NCBI GenBank assembly: GCA_002327765.1
Contig: DCUH01000073.1
Span: 31,379-90,587 of the forward strand
Source: a bacterium UBA2219
Lineage (GTDB): Bacteria; Desulfobacterota; Deferrimicrobia; Deferrimicrobiales; Deferrimicrobiaceae
Reading direction: 5' to 3'
DNA length: 59,209 nt
Positions 19,848-31,259 of this stretch are shown piece by piece. The position numbers were made by a program, and so were the translations under genes. Numbering within the stretch: position 1 is the stretch's first letter; the number at the start of each line of letters is the position of its first letter. Under the pieces are notes generated by a model that was not told the DNA's origin, did not search any database, and worked only from the letters and a program-made list of their open reading frames with translations.

Positions 19848-20131
19848 GGTTCCCTCCGTTCACTGATGTAATAGGCGAACCCCACCGTTCCGAGAAACGC
19901 CAGCAGCGCGAGGACGATCGCGGACCGGAGCAGGATCGGCTGCAGGGTCAGGATGTCGTATGCGACGATTATGCCCACCGCCAGCAGCGCGAGGAGGTCG
20001 AGCGCCACCACGCGGTCGGCGAGGCTGGGGCCCCACAGCAGCCGGGCGAGGGCCAGGAGCATCGCCAGGCAGAGCATCGCCAGCGAGACCGTGCACGAGA
20101 GGAAGATGATCCTCGGGATCTCGGGTGTCAT
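19844..20131 (-). CDS. mrpF: Na+/H+ antiporter subunit F
   Basis: 95 aa, 3 TM. ...LLWGPSLADRVVALDLL... is MnhF-like. Position in the operon agrees. Confidence 0.75.
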   Translation of the reverse strand: MTPEIPRIIFLSCTVSLAMLCLAMLLALARLLWGPSLADRVVALDLLALLAVGIIVAYDILTLQPILLRSAIVLALLAFLGTVGFAYYISERREP

Positions 20132-20597
20132 CGCATCACCTCGAGGAGCCGGCGTTCGAGGCCTTCTTTTATCTCCCGGCGGACGGCGTCCGGGTCGTCC
20201 AGGTACATGACGTGGATGTAGAGGCTGCGCCGGTCCGGGGACACGTCCAGGACGAGGGTTCCCGGCGTCAGCGTGATCAGGCCGGCGAGGAGCGTGATCT
20301 CCCCGTCGGTCTTCGCTTCGAGCGGCAGGGCGATCACTCCCGGCCGCATCCGGTGCCTCGGCGTCACCACGTCGTAGGCCACCTGGAGGCTGGCCGCCAC
20401 AAGGCTCCGGAGGAAAAATGCTGCCAGGCCCACGAGCGGCAGGATTTTCAAGGTCTTCAGGGACAGCCCGAGCAGGTCCTGCAGGAAGTAGAGGATCACA
20501 TACCCCAGAACAAAGCCGGTCAGGAGGCTCCCTTCCGTCACATCGCCCGTCATTGCGGCCCAGGTCAGCGCCAGAAGGAGGTTGGCCAGGAATTCCT

Positions 20598-20601
<4 letters not shown>
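20128..20601 (-). CDS. mrpE: Na+/H+ antiporter subunit E
   Basis: Start MKEFLANL (ATG 20601-20599) overlaps the mrpD TGA. Contains ...[11 protein letters not shown]...[11 protein letters not shown]...[11 protein letters not shown]... (MnhE pattern). Confidence 0.75.
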
Positions 20602-22090
<1,489 letters not shown>

Positions 22091-22094
<4 letters not shown>

Positions 22095-22438
22095 GTGTCC
22101 GTCGCCTTCATCTGGTCCAGGTCGTCGGTTCCGACCTCGCTGTAGGCGCGGCGGAACAGCGCGAGGCCGAACGCCAGCACGGCGAAGCTGATCACGATGG
22201 CGGTCAGGATCAGCGCCTGCGGCAGCGGGTCGGCATAGGGCGGCAGCAGCGCCCGGCTCCCCTCGGGGACCAGCGGGGGGGCCTCCCCGTGGAACCCGGC
22301 GGCGGTGAAGATGAGGAGGTTGGCGGCGTGGCTCATCAGCGCGAGGCCGAAGAGCAGCTTGACGAGGCTGCGCCGCAGCATCAGGTAGATTCCGGCCGCG
22401 TAGAGCCCGCCCACCACCACCGCCAGCACGGTCTCCAT
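22091..22438 (-). CDS. mrpC: Na+/H+ antiporter subunit C (NuoK-like)
   Basis: Start METVLAVV (ATG 22438-22436). 115 aa, ...[29 protein letters not shown]... NuoK/MnhC-like. Confidence 0.8.
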
Positions 22439-22854
22439 CACTCCTCCTCGGCGAACGAGAACACGATGTTCAGGACCACCCCGAGAACCGTCAGGAGGAC
22501 GCCGATGTCGAACAGCAGGGGGGTTCCCAGGTCCGCGGGGCCGCCGGGGAAGCGTTCGATCGTCGTCCATTGCCCCGTCAGGAACGGCTCGCCGCGCAAC
22601 AACGCCCAAAGCCCGCTGCCCGCGGCGACCAGCAGGCCGGCCCCGATCAGGGAGACGGGACGGGCACGCAGGCTCTTCCGGGCGACGTCGGTGCCGTAGG
22701 CGATCACCACCAGCGAGAAGGCCGCCGAGGCCACGAGGCCTCCCGCGAAGCCTCCTCCGGGTTCGTTGTGCCCCCGCACCAGCAGGAACACCGAGAAGAG
22801 CAGCAGCAGCGGGAACACGAAGCGGGTCGCCGTGCGGAGGATGAGGGAACTCAC
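22438..22854 (-). CDS. mrpB: Na+/H+ antiporter subunit B
   Basis: GTG 22854-22852 (overlaps the mrpA TGA) gives a 138-aa protein. [39 protein letters not shown] is the MnhB signature. Confidence 0.75.
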   Translation of the reverse strand: MSSLILRTATRFVFPLLLLFSVFLLVRGHNEPGGGFAGGLVASAAFSLVVIAYGTDVARKSLRARPVSLIGAGLLVAAGSGLWALLRGEPFLTGQWTTIERFPGGPADLGTPLLFDIGVLLTVLGVVLNIVFSFAEEE

Positions 22855-25151
22855 GGGGTTTTCCCCTTCCCGGGGCGCAGCTTCAAAAGCGCATACGCCC
22901 CGATCCCGGCGACCGCCAGGACGGTGATCTCCCCCAGCGTGTCGAGACCGCGGAAGTCCACCAGGATGACGTTGACGACGTTGCGCCCGTGCGCCAGCGG
23001 AACGCTCGTTTCCGCGAAGTACCCGGAGATGGACGGGAGGCGCTTCCCCGCCGTCGTGGCGAGCACGAATCCCGCCATGAGGCAGCCGGCAAGCAGCGCC
23101 ACGAACGCGTCGCGCGCCCGCGAGCCGCGGCTGGAGATCCTGGAGTATGGGGGGAGATGGTGCAGCGCCAGTACGAAGAGGACCACGGTGACGGTCTCGA
23201 TGATGAACTGCGTCATCGCGAGGTCGGGCGCGCCGCGCAGGATGAAGATCAAAGCGATCCCGTAGCCGACGACGCCGAGGGAGGCGACCGCCGCGAGGCG
23301 GGAGCGGGAGCGCACCGTGGCCCCGGCCGCGACCAGGACGAGCCCAGCGAGGCACAGTTCGTAGAAACGCGCTCCGGAAAGCGGCGCGGCGAACGGGACG
23401 CCCCCTCCGCGGAGCAGGGCGAAGCCGGCCGCTGCCAGGGTGGCGACGACGATGGTCAGGAGGTAGGTCCGCAGGTAGCCGCTCTGGAGGAGGCGGGTCT
23501 GCGTCCGGGCGAGATAGGTCAGCTGCTTCATCCCGGCGTCATACCAGGAGGACGGGCCCAGCGCCCCGAGATGCCCCCACCGGGCGCGCAGCGACAGCAG
23601 CCGGCCGCGGGCGGCGCAGAGCCCGACCCCGCCGGCCACGGCCGCCGCGCTCAGGATCAGCATCGGATCGAAGCCGTGCCACAGCGCGAGGTAGACTTCG
23701 TAATCCCATCCCAGGACCGCGGAGACCGCCGCCGAGAGGACGGGGACGAACGGTCCGGGAAGGATGCCCCCGAACAGCCCGAGGATGCCCAGCAGGGCGG
23801 GACCGATCCAGAGCGCCGCCGGGGCCTCGTGCGGCTCGATCCTCGTCGGGCGGGGCGCCCCGGCGAAGGGGCGCACGCCGACGACGTACGCGATCGCCAC
23901 GTAGGCGGCCCCGGCCAGGAGGACGGCGACCGTGGCCGCGATCCGGAAAGCCGGGGCGGCGGATACCGCCCCGAGAAGGTTTTCCTTGGCGAGGAACCCG
24001 GTGAGCGGAGGAAGCCCGGCCATCGACGCGGCCGCGGTGACGGCCGCCACGGCGGTGACCGGCATTTTCCGGGCGAGGCCCGAGAGCCGGGCGACGTCGC
24101 GCTCTCCCGCGGCGTGGTCGACGGCGCCGGCGACGAGGAACAGCGAGCCCTTGTAAAGGGCGTGCGCAGGCAGGAACACGATCGCCGCGGTGATCGCTGG
24201 GCCGGTGCCGATCCCCAGCATCATCGTGAGGGCCCCGAGGGCGCTCACGGTCGAGTAGGCCAGGAGGCGCTTGAGGTACGTCTGCTGGAGCGCGAGCCAT
24301 GCCCCGGCCAGCATGGTCGCGGCGCCGACGACGGTCACGGGGACATGCCAGGCGGGGTCGTCCCCGAGCACCGGGTTCAGCCGGGCCAGGAGGTAGATGC
24401 CCGCCTTCACCATCGTCGCGGCATGAAGGTAGGCGCTTGCCGGGGTGGGTGCCTCCATGGCGTTCGGAAGCCAGAAGTGGAACGGGAACTGGGCCGACTT
24501 GGTGAATGCGCCGAGCAGCACAAGGAGAAGCGCGGGAACGTACAGGGGGCTTGCGCGGAGCGCCTCGCCCCGGTGCGACAGGCCGGAGATCTCCATGGAG
24601 CCCCCGATGTCCCCCATCAGGAGGAAGCCGGCCAGCAGCGCCAGCCCCCCCCCGCCCGTCACCAGGAGCGCCTGGAGCGCCGCCTTCCTCGCCTTGTCCC
24701 GGTCATGGTCGAACCCGATGAGCAGGTAGGAGGTCACGCTGGTGAGTTCCCAGAAGACGAACAGGAGGAGCAGGTTGTCGGCCAGCACCACGCCCAGCAT
24801 CGACGCCATGAACGCGAGGATGTACGCGTGGAAACGGCCGGCCTGCGGGTTCCCCTCGAGGTAGCCGCCGGCGTAGACGACCACCAGCGCGCCGACCCCG
24901 GTGATCAGCAGCGAGAACAGCAGGCTCAGGCCGTCCAGGGAGAAGGACAGGTTCACGCCGAGGGACGGCACCCAGGGGAGGAACGTCCTGACGGGCTCCC
25001 CTCCCGCCACCGCCCCGGCCTGGCCGAGGAAATACCCCGTCAGCCCGAGAGGCAGAAGCGCGAGGAGCCATGCGGACGCGCGAGGCGAAAGCCGGTGGAT
25101 CCAGGGCGCGAATGCCGCCAGGACGAACCCCGAAAGGACGGCGATGAGCAT
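22851..25151 (-). CDS. mrpA: Na+/H+ antiporter subunit A (NuoL-like)
   Basis: ORF 22851..25259. Start set at the second ATG (25151, MLIAVLSGF...) because AAAGGA lies 7 nt upstream, whereas ATG 25172 has no SD. NuoL-like blocks [15 protein letters not shown] and [31 protein letters not shown]. Confidence 0.85.
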   Translation of the reverse strand: MLIAVLSGFVLAAFAPWIHRLSPRASAWLLALLPLGLTGYFLGQAGAVAGGEPVRTFLPWVPSLGVNLSFSLDGLSLLFSLLITGVGALVVVYAGGYLEGNPQAGRFHAYILAFMASMLGVVLADNLLLLFVFWELTSVTSYLLIGFDHDRDKARKAALQALLVTGGGGLALLAGFLLMGDIGGSMEISGLSHRGEALRASPLYVPALLLVLLGAFTKSAQFPFHFWLPNAMEAPTPASAYLHAATMVKAGIYLLARLNPVLGDDPAWHVPVTVVGAATMLAGAWLALQQTYLKRLLAYSTVSALGALTMMLGIGTGPAITAAIVFLPAHALYKGSLFLVAGAVDHAAGERDVARLSGLARKMPVTAVAAVTAAASMAGLPPLTGFLAKENLLGAVSAAPAFRIAATVAVLLAGAAYVAIAYVVGVRPFAGAPRPTRIEPHEAPAALWIGPALLGILGLFGGILPGPFVPVLSAAVSAVLGWDYEVYLALWHGFDPMLILSAAAVAGGVGLCAARGRLLSLRARWGHLGALGPSSWYDAGMKQLTYLARTQTRLLQSGYLRTYLLTIVVATLAAAGFALLRGGGVPFAAPLSGARFYELCLAGLVLVAAGATVRSRSRLAAVASLGVVGYGIALIFILRGAPDLAMTQFIIETVTVVLFVLALHHLPPYSRISSRGSRARDAFVALLAGCLMAGFVLATTAGKRLPSISGYFAETSVPLAHGRNVVNVILVDFRGLDTLGEITVLAVAGIGAYALLKLRPGKGKTP

Positions 25152-25380
25152 CGTCGGGTCCTTTCCGCTCATGTCGATAGACTGCCGGGGCGCCCGGGTC
25201 GATCCCCCGCGCCCGAAGATTGCGCAAGACCCTCGCCGGGAATTGACAAAGCAAAGCAACTATACCACGGAGCCGCACCTGCGGCCTTAGGATCGATTGG
25301 GCTTGAAGGAAGGCGCGAGTCATGTATTTTTATTATTAAAGGCATCGCGAATCCGGAAACCGGATCGGTCCGATGCCCGG

Positions 25381-27192
25381 ATGAAAATCCTGCAGAGACG
25401 GGAAGGGCTCGTGAAAGAAAGGCTCCAGGCGTTTTCCGACGCGGCGCGGGCAGGCATATACCGATTCCTCGAGCGGTACCGGATCGGCGACCAGGTGTTC
25501 CACCTCCTGATGGCCGTGGTCATCGGCGCGCTTTCGGGGTTGGGCGGCGTCGTGTTCATCGAAACCATCCATTTCTTCGAGGGGATCTTCTTCGGGCAGC
25601 TCTTCCAGTCGATGGGAAGGCGCTCCGAACTCGTCTTCCTCATCCCGATGCTCGGCGGGCTGCTGATCGGGCCGGTGATCCGGCGGTTCCCGAAGGAGGC
25701 CAAGGGGGACGGCGTCCCGTACGCCATGGAGTCCATCGCGCTCCACGGCGGGATCATCAGCCCCCGGACGGTGGCTATCCGAACCGTCACGGCCGCGATC
25801 ACGCAGGGCTCCGGCGGGTCGGTGGGGCGCGAGGCGCCGATCGCCCAGATCGGCGCGGCCATCGGCTCGGCGGTGGGGCAGTTCATGAAGGTCTCCGCGG
25901 GGCGCATGCGCAGCTTCGTCGCGTGCGGCGCGGCGGGCGGGATCGCCGCGGTATTCAACGCCCCCATCGGCGGGGTGTTCTTCAGCATGGAGGTGCTCCT
26001 GGGGGATTTCTCCGCGGCGACGTTCGCCCCCGTCGTCGTCTCCTCGGTCGTCTCGACGATCGTCATGCGGGAGCTGCTCGGGGACGTGCTGGTGTTCGAG
26101 GTGCCCCGCTACATGCTCACCAGCGGAAGAGCGGTCCTGATCAGCGTGCCGCTCGGGATCGTCTGCGGGCTCGCGGCGGTCCTGTTCATGCGCGCGCTGG
26201 AATCCTCCGAGAAGGCGTTTTCGTCGATCCGTCTCCCCGTCTGGGTCAAGCCGGCGATCGGCGGCGCCATGACGGGGTTCATCGCGGTCTTCTACCCCCA
26301 CGTCCTCGGGACGGACGTGACCACGGTGGACGAGGCCGTCTGGGGGTATATCCCTTGGTTCCTGCTGCTCCTGATCGCCTACCTGAAGATCCTGGCGACC
26401 TCCCTCTCCCTCGGCTCCGGAGGATCCGGGGGCGTCCTGGGCCCCTGCGTCTTCATCGGGGCGGTGACCGGCGCGTTCGTGGGGAGCGCGGCCGCCCCCC
26501 TGTTCCCGAACCCGTACGCCGCGCCCGGAGGGTGCGCCCTGATCGGGATGGCGGCGTTCACGGGCCCGGTCATCGGCGGCCCGATCACGGCGATTTTGAT
26601 CGTGTTCGAGATGGCCGGCACCTACAAGATCATCCTCCCGCTGCTGGTGGCCGTCGTCACCGCGATGGGGGTCGCGTACCAGTTCTCCCGGCACTCCCTG
26701 TACACGGGGAAGCTCAGCAAGATGGGGGTCGACCTGGTGGCGGGACGCGAGGAGAGCGTGCTCCGGCGCCTCCAGGTCCGGGACGTGATGCGAAACGAGT
26801 TCGACTCGATCGACCCGGCGGCCCCTTTCTGCCGGGTGATCTCCGAATTCTTCGGGGGGAAGGCCGACCACCTGTACCTCGCGGGGGAAGGAGGGGCCCT
26901 CCAAGGCGTGATCGCCCTGTCGGACCTGCGGCCGTACCTGAAAGACCAGGGCGCGTGGCCGGGGCTCACCGCGGGCGACGTGGCCACGCCCGACCCGGTG
27001 GCGGTGATGCCGAGCGAGTCGCTCCTCGACGCGCTGAACAAGTTCGCCTACCGGAACGCCGCGCAGCTCCCCGTGGTCGCCGACCCCCACGACCGGAAGC
27101 TGATCGGGGTGATCCGCCGCGGCGACATCCTGAACGCATACCAGAAGAGCCTGTCCCCGTTCCAGGAGGTGAACCCGAAGCTGTTCTGGTGA
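25381..27192 (+). CDS. ClC-family chloride channel/antiporter with C-terminal CBS pair
   Basis: Start chosen at ATG 25381 (MKILQRREG). Contains GDGVP, GGSVGREAPIAQIG, GGVLGP, FEMAGTY, then two CBS repeats. The upstream TTG at 25297 would read through an AT-rich, promoter-like patch. Confidence 0.85.
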   Translation: MKILQRREGLVKERLQAFSDAARAGIYRFLERYRIGDQVFHLLMAVVIGALSGLGGVVFIETIHFFEGIFFGQLFQSMGRRSELVFLIPMLGGLLIGPVIRRFPKEAKGDGVPYAMESIALHGGIISPRTVAIRTVTAAITQGSGGSVGREAPIAQIGAAIGSAVGQFMKVSAGRMRSFVACGAAGGIAAVFNAPIGGVFFSMEVLLGDFSAATFAPVVVSSVVSTIVMRELLGDVLVFEVPRYMLTSGRAVLISVPLGIVCGLAAVLFMRALESSEKAFSSIRLPVWVKPAIGGAMTGFIAVFYPHVLGTDVTTVDEAVWGYIPWFLLLLIAYLKILATSLSLGSGGSGGVLGPCVFIGAVTGAFVGSAAAPLFPNPYAAPGGCALIGMAAFTGPVIGGPITAILIVFEMAGTYKIILPLLVAVVTAMGVAYQFSRHSLYTGKLSKMGVDLVAGREESVLRRLQVRDVMRNEFDSIDPAAPFCRVISEFFGGKADHLYLAGEGGALQGVIALSDLRPYLKDQGAWPGLTAGDVATPDPVAVMPSESLLDALNKFAYRNAAQLPVVADPHDRKLIGVIRRGDILNAYQKSLSPFQEVNPKLFW

Positions 27193-27257
27193 CGACGAAA
27201 CCCCGCCCGCGGCGATACACGATACAATGGAGGACGGACCGGGGGAGAGGAGGCGTC

Positions 27258-27986
27258 TTGAACCTCTGGATCTTCGACTTCGACGGGACCCTTTCCGACA
27301 TCGTTTCCGACCGGGAAGCGGCCGTGCTCCATCCCGCATGCCGTGCCGTCCTCGAAGCGCTCCCGGGAAGGCCGGGGAACATCGTCGCCGTCCTCTCGAG
27401 CCGGGAGATCGACGACCTGGCGTCCCGCGTCCCGCTCCCCGACGTCATCCTCGGCGGGGCCAGCGGGCTGTCCTGGCGTTTCCCCGGCGGAATCCGCCTC
27501 CTTCCCGGCGACCCGGTGGAGAAGCGCAGGGAAAGGCACCGGAAGGCGCTCGCGCCGATCCTGAACCGGCTTTCCGCCTATCCCGGGGTGGAGGTGGAGG
27601 ACAAGGGATGGTCGGTGGCCGTCCATTACCGGGAGGTGCTTCCGGACGCCACCCCGATGCTGGAGCCGCTGCTCGCGGAGCTCGCCGAGGTCCCCGGTAC
27701 GCGGGCGTACCGGGGCACGTACGCGGTCGAGGTGCAGCTCTTCCGCGACGTGAGCAAGTCGTTCGGCGTTCGACGGCTCTGCCGTCTCCTGAAATTCGAT
27801 CCCCCGAGGGACCGGGTCGTTTACGCGGGGGACGACGAAAACGACGCCGTCGCGATGAGGTGGGTGCTGAAGAAGGGAGGCATCGCTTTTTGCGTCGGGG
27901 GGCGCGTGCGCATCCGCGGCGCGCGGCCCGTTGACGATCCGGCGGCCCTCGCCCGGGCCGTGCGCGATCTTTCGGAGGGGACATGA
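27258..27986 (+). CDS. HAD-superfamily phosphatase, trehalose-phosphatase-like
   Basis: TTG 27258 preceded by GGAGAGGAGG. (M)NLWIFDFDGTLSD (HAD motif I), VAVLSSRE (II), K in VSKSFGV, YAGDDENDAVAM (IV). Lies in the frame of the giant ORF 22989..27986. Confidence 0.65.
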   Translation: MNLWIFDFDGTLSDIVSDREAAVLHPACRAVLEALPGRPGNIVAVLSSREIDDLASRVPLPDVILGGASGLSWRFPGGIRLLPGDPVEKRRERHRKALAPILNRLSAYPGVEVEDKGWSVAVHYREVLPDATPMLEPLLAELAEVPGTRAYRGTYAVEVQLFRDVSKSFGVRRLCRLLKFDPPRDRVVYAGDDENDAVAMRWVLKKGGIAFCVGGRVRIRGARPVDDPAALARAVRDLSEGT

Positions 27987-28639
27987 AGCCTTTCGAGGTG
28001 ATGGACTGCGCGCTCCTGACGCGGATGAGCGGCATCCCGCCCGCCATCAACCTGCGGGAGCTCCGGGACCGGCTCGCCGTCTGCGGCGAAAACGTCCTGT
28101 TCCACCACTACTGCGAGACGACGCTGCGCACGACGTTCGACAACCCCGACTACCGGAACGACTTCGCCGTCTGGGCGAAGCTGTACCTGGGCGACCGCGT
28201 CCTCGCGGAGCGGCTCGGCATCCTGGACCCGTACTCGTTCCCCTCCATGGAGGAGCTGAGGGCGGCGACGCTCGAGGTGATCGACGAGCGGCTGAGCGAG
28301 CTCGTCATGGTTCCGTGGGCGCGGCCCGGCGACGAGTTCTTCTTCATGGAGTCGACCATGGTCGTGTTCGACACGGGGGCGCGGATCACGAATCCCAACC
28401 GGCTCGGGCCCTTCATCCGAAAGATGACCAACAGCAGCGTCTATTACCATTTCCTGGAGGCCCGCCGCCGCACCCCGGACGGGAAGGACGACTTCTCGGC
28501 CTGGCTCGGGAAATGCGGGGAGCCGTACCGGCCGCACGCGGACGCGCTTTCCACCATCGATTACTACTTCAACAGCCTCGGCTACCTGCGCCGCGAGATC
28601 GCCCGCGTCCTGGCGTACGTGAAGGGGGCTTCGAAATGA
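27983..28639 (+). CDS. conserved-looking hypothetical protein, 218 aa, no family recognised
   Basis: ATG 27983 overlaps the upstream TGA (ATGA), and its own TGA overlaps the treT ATG (ATGA). Soluble, Cys/His-containing N-terminus (...VCGENVLFHHYCETT...). Confidence 0.7.
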   Translation: MKPFEVMDCALLTRMSGIPPAINLRELRDRLAVCGENVLFHHYCETTLRTTFDNPDYRNDFAVWAKLYLGDRVLAERLGILDPYSFPSMEELRAATLEVIDERLSELVMVPWARPGDEFFFMESTMVVFDTGARITNPNRLGPFIRKMTNSSVYYHFLEARRRTPDGKDDFSAWLGKCGEPYRPHADALSTIDYYFNSLGYLRREIARVLAYVKGASK

Positions 28640-29874
28640 GGAAACTCCTGTCCTCCTACGAGGGGATCGTCGGGTCCGCCGTGCTCGGGCAGCTTCGCCA
28701 GCTCGGGGAGAAGCTCGCCGGGGCCTCGATCGTCCATGTGAACTCCACCCGCGAGGGGGGAGGGGTGGCGGAGATCCTCGACTGGATGGTCCCGCTGATG
28801 AACGACGCGGGGCTTTCGGCCTCCTGGGAGGTCATCCACGGGGAACCGAGGTTTTTCGAGATCACCAAGGCCTTTCACAACGGCCTCCAGGGGCATACCG
28901 TCCCGCTGACCATGAAGGACTGGAAGATCTACGAGGACGTGAACGAGAAGAACTTCGAGCGGCTGCGCCCGGCGCTCGAGGAGGCGAACTTCGTCGTCAT
29001 CCACGACCCGCAGCCGGCTGGCCTGCTCAAGCTCTGCGACCGGCGGAAGGGGAAGTGGATCTGGCGCGCCCACATCGATATCAGCCGCCCGTTCCGCCCG
29101 GTCTGGAAGGGGCTTCGCCCCTTCGTCGAGAAGTACGACGCCAGCATCTTCTCCATGGCGGAGTTCGCCCAGCTCCTGCCGCACCCGCAGTTCCTGGTCC
29201 CGCCGAGCATCGACCCGCTGAGCGAGAAGAACCGGGAGCTCGAGCCGTCGGAGATCGAGGCGGTGCGGACGGAGTTCGGGCTGGACCCCTCCCGCCCCCT
29301 GATCGTGCAGGTCTCCCGGTTCGACCGGTTCAAGGACCCGGTGGGGGTGATCGCGGCGTACCGGCTGGTCCGGAAGGTCGCGCCCGTCCAGCTGGTGCTG
29401 GCGGGGGGCGGCGCCACGGACGACCCGGAGGGGAAGGCGGTGCTCGAGGACGTGCAGGAGGCGGCCGGGAACGACCCGGACATCCACGTGCTGCTCCTGC
29501 CTTCCGGCGCGCACAGGACCATCAACGCGCTGCAGCGGCTGGCCGACGTCATCGTCCAGAAGTCCACCCGGGAAGGGTTCGGCCTGACCGTCACCGAGGG
29601 GATGTGGAAGGGGAAGCCGGTCGTCGGCGGCGACACGGGGGGGATCCGGCTGCAGGTCGTGAACCACCACACCGGGTTCCTGGTGAACACCCCCGAGGGG
29701 GCCGCCCACCGGATTCGCTATTTCCTCCACAACCGGAACCGGATCGACGAAATGGGGTCGATCGCGCGCGAGGTGGTCCGGGAGAATTTCCTGCTGACCC
29801 GCCACCTGAGGGATTACCTGACGCTGATGCTGGTCATGGCGAAGGACCCCAGGGAGCGGCTGCTCAAGGTGTGA
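28636..29874 (+). CDS. treT: trehalose synthase, TreT-type (GT4 glycosyltransferase)
   Basis: 412 aa. IVHVNSTREGGGVAEIL, PPSIDPLSEKN, IVQVSRFDRFKDP, ATDDPEG and STREGFGLTVTEGMWKGKPVV match the archaeal/Thermus TreT sequence as I remember it. Confidence 0.8.
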   Translation: MRKLLSSYEGIVGSAVLGQLRQLGEKLAGASIVHVNSTREGGGVAEILDWMVPLMNDAGLSASWEVIHGEPRFFEITKAFHNGLQGHTVPLTMKDWKIYEDVNEKNFERLRPALEEANFVVIHDPQPAGLLKLCDRRKGKWIWRAHIDISRPFRPVWKGLRPFVEKYDASIFSMAEFAQLLPHPQFLVPPSIDPLSEKNRELEPSEIEAVRTEFGLDPSRPLIVQVSRFDRFKDPVGVIAAYRLVRKVAPVQLVLAGGGATDDPEGKAVLEDVQEAAGNDPDIHVLLLPSGAHRTINALQRLADVIVQKSTREGFGLTVTEGMWKGKPVVGGDTGGIRLQVVNHHTGFLVNTPEGAAHRIRYFLHNRNRIDEMGSIAREVVRENFLLTRHLRDYLTLMLVMAKDPRERLLKV

Positions 29875-29906
29875 CCGTCCGAATCCACAACGGGAAGGGA
29901 GGCGAC

Positions 29907-30560
29907 ATGGGAGTGCGCCCGAGAAGGTTCACGGGGAGGCGGGTCCCGGAGCTGTTCCGCGAGGACGTCGGCCGGTACGAGTCGCTGGCCAGGGAGCTCG
30001 GCGCCACCGACGTCAGACAGATCGGCAAGGGGGACGTGATCCTCGACGAGCGGGTGATCGCGCGCTGCTATTCCCCGAGGTGCTGCTATTACGGGACGAA
30101 CCTGAATTGTCCCCCCCACGGCCCCGGGATCGAGGAGATGCGGCGGATCGTGGACCGGTACGACACCGGGCTGTTCATCAAGATGAAGGTCCCGCCGGAG
30201 GAGCAGGCGGACCCGGACTTCGACAACCCCGACAAGCACAAGATTCCCGGCGCTCGGAAGATGTTCGAGATCGTCGCGAAGATCCAGTCGGCGGCGTATT
30301 ACGACGGGTACCCGTTCGCCCTCGGCTTCGGCGGCGGCCCGTCCTGCAAGCGGGTGTTCTGCGGCAAGGTGGAATGCTCCGGGATCGCGGGCAAGGGGTG
30401 CCGCTTCCACCTGAAGTCCAACATGACCATGCACGGCGTCGGGATGGACGTCTTCTCGATGGCGGCCCGGGCCGGATGGGAGATCTACCCCATCGGCAAG
30501 GCGAGCTGCCCGCAGGATATCCCGCACGGACTGGAGCTGGGCCTCGTGCTGGTCGACTGA
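29907..30560 (+). CDS. DUF2284-like predicted metal-binding protein
   Basis: ATG 29907 with SD GGGAAGGGAGG. Cys-rich: ARCYSPRCCYYGTNLNCPPHGP ... CKRVFCGKVECSG...GCRFH. Confidence 0.6.
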   Translation: MGVRPRRFTGRRVPELFREDVGRYESLARELGATDVRQIGKGDVILDERVIARCYSPRCCYYGTNLNCPPHGPGIEEMRRIVDRYDTGLFIKMKVPPEEQADPDFDNPDKHKIPGARKMFEIVAKIQSAAYYDGYPFALGFGGGPSCKRVFCGKVECSGIAGKGCRFHLKSNMTMHGVGMDVFSMAARAGWEIYPIGKASCPQDIPHGLELGLVLVD

Positions 30561-30588
30561 CTTAGGAAAAAAACAAGGAGGTCGTGCC

Positions 30589-31101
30589 ATGCAGGAGCGG
30601 AAAGGCGCGGTGACGTTCAAGGGGAACCCGATGACCCTTCTGGGTCCCGAGATCAAGGCGGGCGACAAGGCGCCGGATTTCCAGGTGGTGGACACGTCCC
30701 TCGCCCCGGTCTCGCTTTCGGATTTCCGGGGGAAGGTGAAGATCATCAGCGCGGTCCCGTCGCTCGACACGCCGGTGTGCGACGCCGAGACCCGCCGGTT
30801 CAACCAGGAGGCGGCGAAGCTGCAGGGAAACGTCGTCGTCCTCACGATCAGCCTCGACCTCCCCTTCGCCCAGAAGCGGTGGTGCGGCGCCGCCGGGGTC
30901 GACCGGGTGCGGGTCCTGTCCGACTACAAGGACCGCTCCTTCGCGACGGCCTACGGGGTCCTCATCAAGGAGCTCATGCTCCTCTCCCGGTCGATCTTCG
31001 TCGTGGACGGCGGCGACACGGTGCGCTACGTCCAGCACGTCAAGGAGGTCGCCCAGGAGCCGGACTACGCCGCGGTGATGGAGGCGGTAAAAGGCCTGTA
31101 G
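30589..31101 (+). CDS. tpx: thiol peroxidase (atypical 2-Cys peroxiredoxin)
   Basis: 170 aa. VTFKGNPMTLLG...SAVPSLDTPVCDAETRRFN...ISLDLPFAQKRWCGA is collinear with E. coli Tpx. Confidence 0.9.
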   Translation: MQERKGAVTFKGNPMTLLGPEIKAGDKAPDFQVVDTSLAPVSLSDFRGKVKIISAVPSLDTPVCDAETRRFNQEAAKLQGNVVVLTISLDLPFAQKRWCGAAGVDRVRVLSDYKDRSFATAYGVLIKELMLLSRSIFVVDGGDTVRYVQHVKEVAQEPDYAAVMEAVKGL

Positions 31102-31196
31102 GCGAGGCCGCGGAAAGCCCGACGGCGGGCCGATAAAGGTATGCCGTGGCGTGATTTCCGCCCTTGCTGCGCAACGGGTTCGCGCTGCCAGAAATG

Positions 31197-31224
31197 TTTT
31201 CCTTGCCCCCGGGGGAAAGGAAAA
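31197..31224. repeat. 28-nt near-perfect palindrome TTTTCCTTGCCCCC|GGGGGAAAGGAAAA
   Basis: Read directly: 14-nt arms with one mismatch and no loop. Located 96 nt after the tpx stop. Confidence 0.6.
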
Positions 31225-31259
31225 CAATAATACACGGTGAAAAAACTCCGGAGCGATCC

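Noticed and set aside
25196-25208. GGGTCGATCCCCC, which resembles a tRNA T-arm/T-loop.
   Set aside because: The flanking sequence cannot be folded into acceptor, D or anticodon arms. It lies in the mrpA 5' leader and is more likely part of a GC hairpin (GGGCGC...GCGCCC).
25243-25266. TTGACA ... TATACC in the mrpA/ClC divergent intergenic region, which looked like a sigma-70 promoter.
   Set aside because: The spacer is only 12 nt (16-18 is needed). I could not find a convincing -35/-10 pair for either divergent gene, so no promoter is called here.
25300-25380. Checked the ClC leader for a fluoride (crcB-motif) riboswitch, because ClC, Na+/H+ antiporters, USP, NUDIX and HAD genes are typical fluoride-riboswitch cargo.
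   Set aside because: The conserved GGnGAUGG ... AACCGCC ... CUGAUGA..CCUAC elements are absent. Only a simple ATCCGG-AAA-CCGGAT hairpin is present.
25690-25720. The ClC selectivity-filter motif reads GDGVP rather than the textbook GSGIP.
   Set aside because: As far as I recall, bacterial CBS-containing ClC homologues often deviate at this position (for example GHGVP). The other filter elements (GREAP, GVLGP, the Tyr in FEMAGTY) are canonical. Without an alignment I cannot call this unusual.
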